From an uncultured Gammaproteobacteria bacterium (GTDB lineage: Bacteria > Patescibacteriota > Microgenomatia > UBA8517), in NCBI GenBank assembly GCA_964502815.1, contig CAZCXV010000005.1:2706-66705 (forward strand): a DNA stretch of 64,000 nucleotides. The letters are read 5' to 3'. Position 1 is the first letter of the stretch. The number at the start of each line of letters is the position of its first letter. This document shows positions 9,864 to 19,133 of this stretch, in pieces. The translations under genes and the position numbers were made by a program. Under the pieces are notes generated by a model. The model had not been told where the DNA came from. It did no database searches and saw nothing but the letters and a program-made list of their open reading frames with translations.

Positions 9864-10970
9864 ATGGAAGAAGTTTACCAAGACCTGAATAAATTTATTG
9901 CAAACTTAAGGCTTTTTAGCTTTGAGCTGGCAAAATTCCTCCTGCATACTTTCCACCTGCAATTTCTGAAGTTTGAAAATCACAAGGGAAACTTTGTAAA
10001 TGCTCTTTATAAACAAAGAGGAAGATTATCAAGAAAATTAATACATTCTGGCATGGCCTCAATTACAGCCTTGGGAATTATGATTGCCCCGGTGATTGCC
10101 CAAGAGCTTCCCGGCCGCACTGTTGACCCTTGGAATATAGCTCCCAAAACTCAGGTTTTATCCGCCAGTATTGAGGATCAATCAACAGCCACTATAGTTT
10201 CTGATAAACCCAGATCCCAAGTTGAGGAATATCTTGTTCAAGAAGGGGATACTGTAGGAACTATCGCCGATAAGTTTGGTATTTCCCAGGACACTATCCG
10301 TTGGGAGAATAACCTGGTTAAAGATAAAATAAAGCCTGGGGAAAAACTAAAAATTCTGCCTGTAGCTGGGATTTCCCATAAGGTGAGAAAAGGGGATACT
10401 GTTTATTCAATTGCTAAAGAGTACGACACTTCAGAACAAGGAATAGTTGACTTTCCATATAATTCTTTCTCAAATGATGAAACTTTTGAATTGGCAGTGG
10501 GACAAATTATTGTTGTTCCAGATGGGGTAAAAAAGCCAGAAGTTACGATTCCTGGTTCTGGCGCGGTCAGACCAAGACAAACAACTCCAGACGCCGGAAC
10601 AGTTGTTGCTTCGGGCCAATTTGTCTGGCCAACCCAAGGAACTATTTCCCAAAGATTTGCTTGGTATCATCCTGGAGTCGATATTGCCAATAAAAGCTTA
10701 CCGCCAATACTTGCTGCTGACTCTGGAAAAGTAATTGCCTCTGGCTGGGATCCGTCTGGCTATGGAAATAAAGTAATGATTGATCATGGTAATGGCTATA
10801 TAACTCTCTATGGCCACATGTCTAAATTATATGTCACAATAGGACAAACTGTAACAAGAGGCAATCAAATAGGTCAAATGGGCTCAACTGGAAGATCAAC
10901 CGGGCCTCACCTACATTTTGAAATCTACAAAGGGGGAACAAGGCTAAGTCCATTCCTGTATTTGAAGTAA
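9864..10970 (+). CDS. LysM-LysM-M23 peptidoglycan endopeptidase
   Basis: Two LysM repeats (Y.VQEGDT, H.VRKGDT), HPGVD, YGH and GPHLHFE motifs. Confidence 0.93.
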   Translation: MEEVYQDLNKFIANLRLFSFELAKFLLHTFHLQFLKFENHKGNFVNALYKQRGRLSRKLIHSGMASITALGIMIAPVIAQELPGRTVDPWNIAPKTQVLSASIEDQSTATIVSDKPRSQVEEYLVQEGDTVGTIADKFGISQDTIRWENNLVKDKIKPGEKLKILPVAGISHKVRKGDTVYSIAKEYDTSEQGIVDFPYNSFSNDETFELAVGQIIVVPDGVKKPEVTIPGSGAVRPRQTTPDAGTVVASGQFVWPTQGTISQRFAWYHPGVDIANKSLPPILAADSGKVIASGWDPSGYGNKVMIDHGNGYITLYGHMSKLYVTIGQTVTRGNQIGQMGSTGRSTGPHLHFEIYKGGTRLSPFLYLK

Positions 10971-11003
10971 AGTTGCGTGTTTCTAGCCACAAACTAAGAA
11001 AAA

Positions 11004-11055
11004 TTTCCTTGACAGAAGGAAACTTTTAAGGTATTCTTTCCTTATGACAAGGAAA
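11004..11055. promoter_or_regulatory. Promoter with two TTTCCTT-N5-AAGGAAA palindromic operators
   Basis: Copies at 11004-11022 (over TTGACA -35) and 11037-11055 (over ATG); -10 TATTCT at 11032. Confidence 0.7.
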
Positions 11056-12339
11056 GAAATCTTGAAAAGTATTATTTTAGAGAGCCAAAATAGGCAAATG
11101 CCTCAGATTTGGCCCAGAAATTTGGTTTTGCCAATTGACTCCGGTAAGATAGTTACCTTGATGGGGGTGAGAAGAAGTGGTAAGACCTACCTTTTGTTCG
11201 ATTTAATAGATAAACTCATCAAAAAAGGCATACCTTCAAAGAGAATCTTTTATTTGAATTTTGAGGATGAACGTTTGAAACTTAACTCTCGCGAGCTTGA
11301 CTTAATAATACAGTCTTATAGAGAAATATATCCAGATAACGATTTATCAGAATGCTACTTTTTTTTCGACGAAATTCAAGAAGTTAAAGGTTGGGAAAAA
11401 TTTATTATCAGACTATATAACACTATAAGTAAGCAGATCTTTTTAACTGGGTCAAATGCCTCCTTTTTATCAAAAGAAATAGCTACAGCGCTAAGAGGTA
11501 GGACTGTTACTTTTGAAGTTTATCCATTGTCATTTAAGGAATATTTAAACGTTCTTTCTCCTGGTCTTAACCCACTCCATTCTAGTGACAGAGCTAAGGT
11601 TGTCAGTTTTTTTGATAGATTTCTACATCTAGGGGGGTTTCCTGAGATGGTAGACAGAAAAGACAATTTGCATGAAAAAATACTTCAGGAATATTTCAAT
11701 GTTATGGTTTTTAGAGATCTTATAGAAAGATACAATATATCCCAGGCTTCAATACTTAAATATTTCTGTAAAAGAGTAGTGGCCAATAGTGCTTGTGAAT
11801 TCAGTTCTAATAAAATATACAATGAGATTAAGTCTCAAGGTTATAAAGTTGGTAAAGACGCTATCTACAACTACCAAAACAACGTTGAATCTATTTATCT
11901 TGCTAGATTTATTCCGAAATACTCGTATTCAATCGTTAAAAGTGAATTATCTCAAAAGAAGAGCTATGTAATTGATCAAGGTCTGGGAGTAGCTCTAGAC
12001 TTTAAGTTAAATCAAGACAAAGGAAGGTTATTGGAAACAGTTGTCTGCTTGGAACTATTAAAGCAGGGCAGTTCAATCAGCTATATCCAAAACGGAACAG
12101 AATGTGATTTTCTAGTTGTTGAAAAAGATAAAGTTACAAAGGCAATTCAAGTTGCCTTTGATGTTTCAGATGAAAAAACAAAAGGCAGAGAATTAAAAGG
12201 GTTAATTGAAACTTGTAAGAAGTTTGAGTTGAAAGAAGGATACATTCTTACTTTAGATGAAGAAGAAGAATTAATAACCAAAAATCTAAATATCCATATT
12301 GTTCCAGTCTGGAAATATTTTACTTTCGACACCCTATAA
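11044..12339 (+). CDS. AAA+ ATPase (AAA_14 plus DUF4143)
   Basis: GVRRSGKT, LNFEDERL, FFDEIQ, TGSNA, GGFPE, K.YVID.G, ECDF. Confidence 0.9.
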   Translation: MTRKEILKSIILESQNRQMPQIWPRNLVLPIDSGKIVTLMGVRRSGKTYLLFDLIDKLIKKGIPSKRIFYLNFEDERLKLNSRELDLIIQSYREIYPDNDLSECYFFFDEIQEVKGWEKFIIRLYNTISKQIFLTGSNASFLSKEIATALRGRTVTFEVYPLSFKEYLNVLSPGLNPLHSSDRAKVVSFFDRFLHLGGFPEMVDRKDNLHEKILQEYFNVMVFRDLIERYNISQASILKYFCKRVVANSACEFSSNKIYNEIKSQGYKVGKDAIYNYQNNVESIYLARFIPKYSYSIVKSELSQKKSYVIDQGLGVALDFKLNQDKGRLLETVVCLELLKQGSSISYIQNGTECDFLVVEKDKVTKAIQVAFDVSDEKTKGRELKGLIETCKKFELKEGYILTLDEEEELITKNLNIHIVPVWKYFTFDTL

Positions 12340-12447
12340 AGTTTATATTCCTATTTCTCCTATAATATACGGTTGGACGTTTTAACGCTTTTTGAGTGAC
12401 AAAACTATGCATGATTTAAAGCTAAATCTATGCACTATTATTATAGG

Positions 12448-15400
12448 TTACCAGATGGCAATCCAATCAATAACTGTATCCTCCAGAGGAGCAGTTGCTA
12501 CATTTATAGTAAAGCCTGTTTCATCTCTATTTGTTAGCCAAACATTGGTGTTATAAGAAGGAGTAATGCTAACAGAAACGGGCTTTGTCTCCCAAGTTTT
12601 ATTTATGCGTACTGAAGTCTGGCCGGCAGGAAGTATTTCACTTCCTCTAAAGGTTGGATTACCAATAATTTGACCCTTTTGGATATTTAAGTTTCCTTTA
12701 GTATCTACTTTGAGTAAGTTACCCATTATTTCCACATCCCCCAGTGCCAATGGTTGGATTTTTAAGGTGCCAATAGCGTCTATAGAGGAGTCTAAGGAAG
12801 AGATTTGAATAGCGCCAACATTTAATTTACCTGTAACTACGACGTCATTTAAAGTGGTAAGACCTGTAAGGCTTGCGCTAGCAGACGCTGATTGAATTTC
12901 TCCAGATTGGGTTGCAGTTCCAAGAATTTGTTGTTGACTTTCTAAAAGCGCAATCTTTGTCTCCAACTCTGATATTTTTGTCGAAAGTTCTATGTCTTTG
13001 TCTTTGAGGTTGGTAATATCTTTCATTAAATCTGTGTTGTCTTGTGTATCTAAATTATTGATTTTGTTATTTAGTTCTAGAATGTAAAGGGAATTTGTCT
13101 CTGCCGTTTCCCAGAGTTGAGAAGCAAGGGAGCCAAGGGAGAATTTGCCATTTTTCCTCCATTCATCGCGCCCTGCAATTGTTGGCAAGTGTCTGTTTTG
13201 ATTAACATATACTCCCATTTCATCTAAGGTCATCATAGAGTAATCTCCGTGTAGATCTATATCTTCTTGTCTCACATTTCCATCAAAGTATTTGTCGAAA
13301 ACATAGTCGGTCAAGAGGACATTATCATCATATACAGCAACTGCATTTAAGGTTCCTATTCCTTTTGCTCCTCCTGTTGGGGCACCAACTACTACAGAAC
13401 CATCCCCATAAGTAGTCAGGGTTGCAGCATCATCATTATTTGCTATTTGAAACACCGTCTCTGCAGCTGCCAGATCGACAATACCGGTGCCACTTCCTTT
13501 GGCACCCACGAGTTTAATTGCAGGGACGGTGTCGTCGGGAGTATTGCCCAGGATGCCTCGAAGGGAGAGTGCTTGAGCGGTATTGACGTTATCTGCCAGG
13601 GCGGTGAGTTGAACTCCACCATCTGTGGATGAGATGGCACCAACGTGTAAGAAGGCATCGGTATTGGCAAGCGTTGTGACTCCATGAGCCACATCGCCAT
13701 CGGTCATGCTGAAGGTGGAGTCAGAGCCAGAAGCGCGGAAAAGTTCGAGCGTGGTGTCGGGGGTGCCGTCAGCACCACCGATGACGGTGTTGCCGTCTTC
13801 AGAGTTGATGATGGTGGTATTGGTGCCCACATCAGAAATATCTGTCGTATTGCTTTCTAATTGATTGAAAGAAATCACGTTATCAGCTTCTGTACTTGCC
13901 GCTATGTTTATACCTATGTCTCCCGCGCCGGAAAATCCGGAAATGCTGTTGCCATTTATAATGTTGCTGTCAGAATTGGTAACAACGTTTATACCCTTGC
14001 CACCGGTCCCATCATCCACAATTGTGTTGCCGGTGACGGAATTGTAAGAAGCGGTCCACAGAGCGATAGCTCCCTGCGCTGAACCGGGATTAGTAATCGT
14101 ATTACCCGTAATGCTATTGTAGTTTCCCTGGGAAAAGACGAATGAATTTATACCACCCTCGTAGGTATTGTTGGCAACGACTATTGAATTTGCGGTGGCA
14201 ATAATACCGTACTGCCCATAGGTGTTTTGCTCAAAATGGTTATTTTCAACACTGTTATAGTGTGAAGAACTCGCAAAAGCAATCCCGGCATAATCTTGAT
14301 TGAGGAATGTACTGCCGGTGATTGTGTTGTATTGGGATGATGTAGTAAGCTGAATACCGTATTCATCTCCGCCGGTAAAATAGAGATTCCGAAATACAGA
14401 CTGTATTGCCCCTGCTCCGATCATTATCTGATAACTATTTCCTCCCCCATTTTGCGCCGTAGCATCAACTTGAAAATCAGAAAACGTGAGGTAATCTTTT
14501 CCATTCAGGTTAATGATGTGTCCCGGCGTCCCCCATGATGCCCAGGCGGAAGCGACGATCTTGCTTCCCTTCCCCGCGCCTCGGATCGTCGTATTGTTTG
14601 CATCAATCGTGATGGATTCTGTACACGTATAGGTCCCCTCAGGCAGGTAAACTTCTCCTCCATTTGCCCCTAACGCATCGATGGCGGCATTGATACCTGT
14701 ACACGTCTGGGCATAGACAGTGCCGTCAACAGTAATCACTTTGTTTAATTCTGGTGCATACACCGTGCCATCACCCAAAATATACAAAGCATTTGAGTTG
14801 TCGTTATTTGCAACTGCAAACACTGTATCAGCTGCTTCCAGATCTATCACTCCGGTTCCTGAAGCCAAAGCACCAACAAGCTTGATGGCAGGAGTAGTGT
14901 CGGTGGGAGTAGTCTGGACTGCCTTGATTTCAAGTGCTTGCCCATCAGCATCGGCAAAAGCAGTGAGTCTAGCACCGCCAACAGTAGAGGAGATGGGAGC
15001 AAGATGGAAGAAAGCATCAGTATTGGCAAGTGTGGTCACCCCGTGGGCGACATCATCATCGGTCATGGCAAAGGTAGGGTCAGACGAGGCAGCGGTATTG
15101 AGTTCGAGGAGATAGTCTGGGGTAATGTCACCACCAATGCTTGTATTGCCAGAGAAGTAGTTGTAGGTACTAGCATCGGATGCGTAAAACGAATACGGAG
15201 TGTTGGTTTGGGTGCCAGCTGTAAGATCGCCGATATAGACTCCGTAGGTGTTAGTAAACGTTCCAGAATTGGCTTCTACATCTGTATAGAACCCATAGAC
15301 AGTAGCTGCTGTTGCGGAAGACCGCCAATCTATTCCTGATGCTACTCCACTGAGTGTCGAAAGCGATCCTGTTGTTGCGGCAGATAGAGCTCCGGATTCG

Positions 15401-18279
15401 ACATATACACCCTTTATAGCACTAATGGAGCCTGTATTGTTAACATTGGATGACTTTACATACAATCCTATATTGTTGCTCGAATAATTTGTGCCACCCC
15501 CTGAAAGCGTCATGTCTACTTCTGCGCCGGCAACAACACTACCAAGGTTTGCTGTAGGAGTGAAGGTTAAGGATGTATAAGAAGCAATACGGCCTGTGGC
15601 ATTGGAAGCACTATTCACTACGTGGAGGCCGTATGAAGGTGCTGTACCGCTTCCTAAGAAATATCCACTGTTGGTATAGATATCGCCATCAACAATTACA
15701 TCTGCGCCGGCTGGGTCTAAGGTTAAATCACCAGAGGCAGATAAAGTATTGCCTGAGAGATTTAAAGTGCCGGCAATGTCATGCGTACCTGCGCCGTTAA
15801 TGTCCAGGACTCCTGCTGCGGTCAGGTTGCCTGCATTGGAGAGGTTGAAGACGTCGGTGCCGTCGGATTGTTCGAAGACGGCCAGATCAGTGGTCTGGGT
15901 GGCATTGCCTTGGATAATGAACTGGATTTGGTCAGTGTCTCCATCAATACTGAGTTTGGCGCTTGAGAGAGGGGAGGATCCTCCTAAGATAACTTCATTG
16001 GTAGTGGTGGTGAGGTAGGTATTGGTGGTGGATGTAGTCCAGGGAGCACCGGCTCCTCCAGTAACATCAATCCAGGCCAAAGTACCTGTAGCATTACTGG
16101 ACAAGACTTGATTAGCTGAAGAAGCATCAGCAAGAGGAAGAACGTAAATGACATTTCCTGCCAATGAGTCAGGAGCTTTAAATCCAGTATAGTGGTCGCC
16201 ATTGGCTTCCAGTTCTTCAAAATCAATTTCACCTGTTGTGCCAGCGGTGGTGTTGTAGGGGTTTAGATGTAATCCAGAGGCTGAGATATCCATCCAAAGA
16301 GGTGAGTCGGAAGTGGTGCTACCAAGAGAAAAGTCATCGGTAGTGGAGGTGAGGTAAGTGATGTCACCTCCATCAGTCCATTGAGAACCAGCCCCTGCCG
16401 AGACATTAATCCAAGAGAGGACCCCGGCTCCACTACTGGCAAGGACTTGGTTACTGACGGTGGCATCAGCTGAAGGGAGTGTGTAGACAATGTTGGCAAT
16501 AAGAGAGTCAGGGGCTTTCAGGCCGGTGTAGTGGTCACCATTGGCTTCCAACTCCTCAAATCTTGCCTCACCAGTATTGCCAGCACTGGCGCCATGAGGA
16601 TTGAGGGAAAGGGCAGAAGCAGAGGTATCAAAGAAGAGAGGTGAGTCAGAAGTGGTGCCACCAACAGATAGATCATCCGCAGTTGCAGTTAAGTATGTAA
16701 TTGTTCCTCCATCAGTCCAAAGAGAACCTCCAGCAGCTGCAACATCAACCCAGGCAGATCCATTATACATCATCAACTTGTTGTCGTCAGAGTCCCAGGC
16801 GACGTAGCCTTCTCCTGTTGAAGGAGCTGTAAAAGAGGTGGCCTGTGGAAGTTTAATGCCTTCGGCCGATGTAGTGTTGTGAGTGATAGTAGAAAGGTCA
16901 AGGAGTAAGTCACTACCGGCAACAATATTGCCACTGCTGTTAAAGGTAACGAAAGCAGTTCCATTGTCTTGAATAACAAAGTCTCCACTACTAGATAAGT
17001 TGAAGGTAGTGTTACTGGAGCCTGAGTTAGTTAGAGTTAAAAGACCAGTATTCCCAACGGCAAAGATATCGGTGCCGTCGGATTGTTCAAGAACTAAAAG
17101 ACTTTCTGTTTGCGTACTGTTGCCTTGGATCTGAAGCTGGATGATGTCCGATGAGCCATCAATCATTAGTTGGGAAGTTCCAGCAGTTACAGAACCCAAG
17201 GTCATTTTGGATGAAGAAAGGATGTCACTTCCGCCAACGACTAAAGTTAAGTCTCCAGTAGTCGTGAAGGTAGTTGTGGCTCCATCAAAGGCAATGTCAG
17301 TATCGGCAATCAAAACTTCAGAATTGATATCCAGAGTTCCAGCAATAGTTAGAGTATTACCACTTTCATAAGTGTCTGTTGCATTAGAACGTAGGAAAGC
17401 TGTGGAATCTAGTCCGTCAATTTTATCGACGTCCAAACTTGAATCTAGATCAGTAAGGGCTTTCCATGAAGGAGCTAGAGCACCATTGCTGACAAAAATT
17501 TGATTGGCTGTGCCAACAGCAGACACTTGCATTCCAGTGGCTGTAGAGTAGGCAATTCCTCCTTCAGCCAGAGTTAACCCGTCTAAGTAATTAAGTTCAG
17601 AGGCAGTGCTGGTAAGAGAGGTACCGTTAATTACTAGGGAATTAATAGTTGCAGATCCAGTTGCAGTCAAATCCCCAGTAGTTAATTCATTAACAGTTAA
17701 GCCATTCAAAAAACTGACGGCTGCCCTAAATACACTTTCTACATTTACTCCAAATGTCGGGTTTTCCAGAGCTTCTGCAGCCAAGACTTGGGATTTTCTG
17801 CCTTTATTCGCCATAATCTCACTTATGTTACTACTATTAGTAAACATCTGAGACAAAATTGGAATATCGAAGGTATTTGATATAGTTTGTAGGTTTTTGA
17901 TAGCTATTGGAAAAAATGTTTTTGTCAACATTAATCCCGCCAGAAGCCAGATAAAAAACATGATTCCAGCTTTTACTATTGTCTTTCTTTCTTTTGATAG
18001 ATCGTCGTACAGGTTTGGATAATTAGTGATTTGAACTAGCTCTACTTCTCGAGCTTTAATCTCTGGTGTAATAACTGTCTTCTCACTTTGTTTTGGCCGG
18101 TGTTTTTGAACTAAACTTTCAAGGATATGAAGATCATACCTCCTATGACCACCTTTAGTTCTCTTAGAAGGAAGGATGCCCTTTTTTTCCCACCTCCTGA
18201 GAGTGTCTTTTGAAACACACAAGACTTTGCTTGCTTCCTCAATTGTCAGATATCTTTTGTCTTTTTTGGGCAGATCCAT
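12448..18279 (-). CDS. Giant membrane-anchored fibre/adhesin-like protein with N-terminal MerR/IS607-like HTH, internal repeats, beta-helix (pectin-lyase-like) domain and tail-fibre chaperone-like C-terminal region
   Basis: LTIEEASKVLCVSKDTLRRWEKKG..RTKGGHRRY; one TM; GGEVYLPEGTY..IRGAG and N.ITGN repeats; DYVFD..HLPTI..LWE..E..LYILEL then a coiled coil. Confidence 0.85.
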   Translation of the reverse strand: MDLPKKDKRYLTIEEASKVLCVSKDTLRRWEKKGILPSKRTKGGHRRYDLHILESLVQKHRPKQSEKTVITPEIKAREVELVQITNYPNLYDDLSKERKTIVKAGIMFFIWLLAGLMLTKTFFPIAIKNLQTISNTFDIPILSQMFTNSSNISEIMANKGRKSQVLAAEALENPTFGVNVESVFRAAVSFLNGLTVNELTTGDLTATGSATINSLVINGTSLTSTASELNYLDGLTLAEGGIAYSTATGMQVSAVGTANQIFVSNGALAPSWKALTDLDSSLDVDKIDGLDSTAFLRSNATDTYESGNTLTIAGTLDINSEVLIADTDIAFDGATTTFTTTGDLTLVVGGSDILSSSKMTLGSVTAGTSQLMIDGSSDIIQLQIQGNSTQTESLLVLEQSDGTDIFAVGNTGLLTLTNSGSSNTTFNLSSSGDFVIQDNGTAFVTFNSSGNIVAGSDLLLDLSTITHNTTSAEGIKLPQATSFTAPSTGEGYVAWDSDDNKLMMYNGSAWVDVAAAGGSLWTDGGTITYLTATADDLSVGGTTSDSPLFFDTSASALSLNPHGASAGNTGEARFEELEANGDHYTGLKAPDSLIANIVYTLPSADATVSNQVLASSGAGVLSWINVSAGAGSQWTDGGDITYLTSTTDDFSLGSTTSDSPLWMDISASGLHLNPYNTTAGTTGEIDFEELEANGDHYTGFKAPDSLAGNVIYVLPLADASSANQVLSSNATGTLAWIDVTGGAGAPWTTSTTNTYLTTTTNEVILGGSSPLSSAKLSIDGDTDQIQFIIQGNATQTTDLAVFEQSDGTDVFNLSNAGNLTAAGVLDINGAGTHDIAGTLNLSGNTLSASGDLTLDPAGADVIVDGDIYTNSGYFLGSGTAPSYGLHVVNSASNATGRIASYTSLTFTPTANLGSVVAGAEVDMTLSGGGTNYSSNNIGLYVKSSNVNNTGSISAIKGVYVESGALSAATTGSLSTLSGVASGIDWRSSATAATVYGFYTDVEANSGTFTNTYGVYIGDLTAGTQTNTPYSFYASDASTYNYFSGNTSIGGDITPDYLLELNTAASSDPTFAMTDDDVAHGVTTLANTDAFFHLAPISSTVGGARLTAFADADGQALEIKAVQTTPTDTTPAIKLVGALASGTGVIDLEAADTVFAVANNDNSNALYILGDGTVYAPELNKVITVDGTVYAQTCTGINAAIDALGANGGEVYLPEGTYTCTESITIDANNTTIRGAGKGSKIVASAWASWGTPGHIINLNGKDYLTFSDFQVDATAQNGGGNSYQIMIGAGAIQSVFRNLYFTGGDEYGIQLTTSSQYNTITGSTFLNQDYAGIAFASSSHYNSVENNHFEQNTYGQYGIIATANSIVVANNTYEGGINSFVFSQGNYNSITGNTITNPGSAQGAIALWTASYNSVTGNTIVDDGTGGKGINVVTNSDSNIINGNSISGFSGAGDIGINIAASTEADNVISFNQLESNTTDISDVGTNTTIINSEDGNTVIGGADGTPDTTLELFRASGSDSTFSMTDGDVAHGVTTLANTDAFLHVGAISSTDGGVQLTALADNVNTAQALSLRGILGNTPDDTVPAIKLVGAKGSGTGIVDLAAAETVFQIANNDDAATLTTYGDGSVVVGAPTGGAKGIGTLNAVAVYDDNVLLTDYVFDKYFDGNVRQEDIDLHGDYSMMTLDEMGVYVNQNRHLPTIAGRDEWRKNGKFSLGSLASQLWETAETNSLYILELNNKINNLDTQDNTDLMKDITNLKDKDIELSTKISELETKIALLESQQQILGTATQSGEIQSASASASLTGLTTLNDVVVTGKLNVGAIQISSLDSSIDAIGTLKIQPLALGDVEIMGNLLKVDTKGNLNIQKGQIIGNPTFRGSEILPAGQTSVRINKTWETKPVSVSITPSYNTNVWLTNRDETGFTINVATAPLEDTVIDWIAIW

Positions 18280-18501
18280 AATTTGTATTTAAATTTATGT
18301 TTTTTTGAAGCTAAATTTAGGTATTCAACTTTAGCCTCAAATCATTAAGACATATAAATACTATAGTGTCAAGAGTGGTTTAGCCGCAAATGCGGTTTTT
18401 ACTGCGGGGAAACGGAAAAAATGAAGCGTTACAATTAGTAAATAAGTACTCTCTATCCAATAAAGTCAAACTACTGACCGATTACTAGCTTACTATATCA
18501 G

Positions 18502-18572
18502 TGGACCGTACCAGAATTGGACTGGTGTCTGCGCAATGCGAATGCGCTGTACTGCCACTATACTAACGGCCC
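18502..18572 (-). tRNA. tRNA-Ala(CGC), no encoded CCA
   Basis: GGGCCGT/ACGGTCC acceptor with G3:U70; anticodon arm GCGCA-TTCGCAT-TGCGC; T arm ACCAG-TCCAATT-CTGGT. Confidence 0.92.
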
Positions 18573-19133
18573 TGATATTCTATTCTACACCATAGTTGGT
18601 AAATAGTATTTTGATATAGTTCAAGGCTAATAATTATAAGATATATATGGGTATGTTTGGAATTACTTGATTAACGCTTTATTTCACGATTAAGCATAAT
18701 TTTTCTTCCGCAATATCTTCTCTTTACTCAAATAATATCAAATATATCACTTACATATCCTATAAGAGAAGTAGTTCAGCGTTTTTCGTAAGAATCTGCG
18801 GAGAATTATTGAGGCTAAGCGGTTAATTCTTTCACACATTATGACCAATCCTAAGGGATAGGTTAATTAACGCGATTTTTACCGACATATTTTAGAGTTA
18901 GCCTTGAGTTTTCGTTAATCTTTTTTTTGTTAGTGATCCATTTTCACCGATTATTTTCAATACTAGAGGATATTTTTTACCATTGTTGGTGTGGTGATAT
19001 ATGAGCTTGTTGTCACTGAGTGTGTTAGAGTGCTAGGAAAGGAAAGGACCATTTTTTACCATGGTTTTGGGATTTGGTTTGAAGAAAGTAGTAGAACTTT
19101 CGATTTACTTGAAAATCTAGTAAGATATGACAA

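Noticed and set aside
13443-17851. Many 60-130 aa ORFs inside the 1943-aa gene
   Set aside because: Alternative-frame shadows of a long, relatively GC-rich CDS
12448-18279. Prophage or IS607 transposon
   Set aside because: No capsid, terminase, integrase, serine-recombinase catalytic domain or TnpB; the HTH is fused to a TM fibre protein
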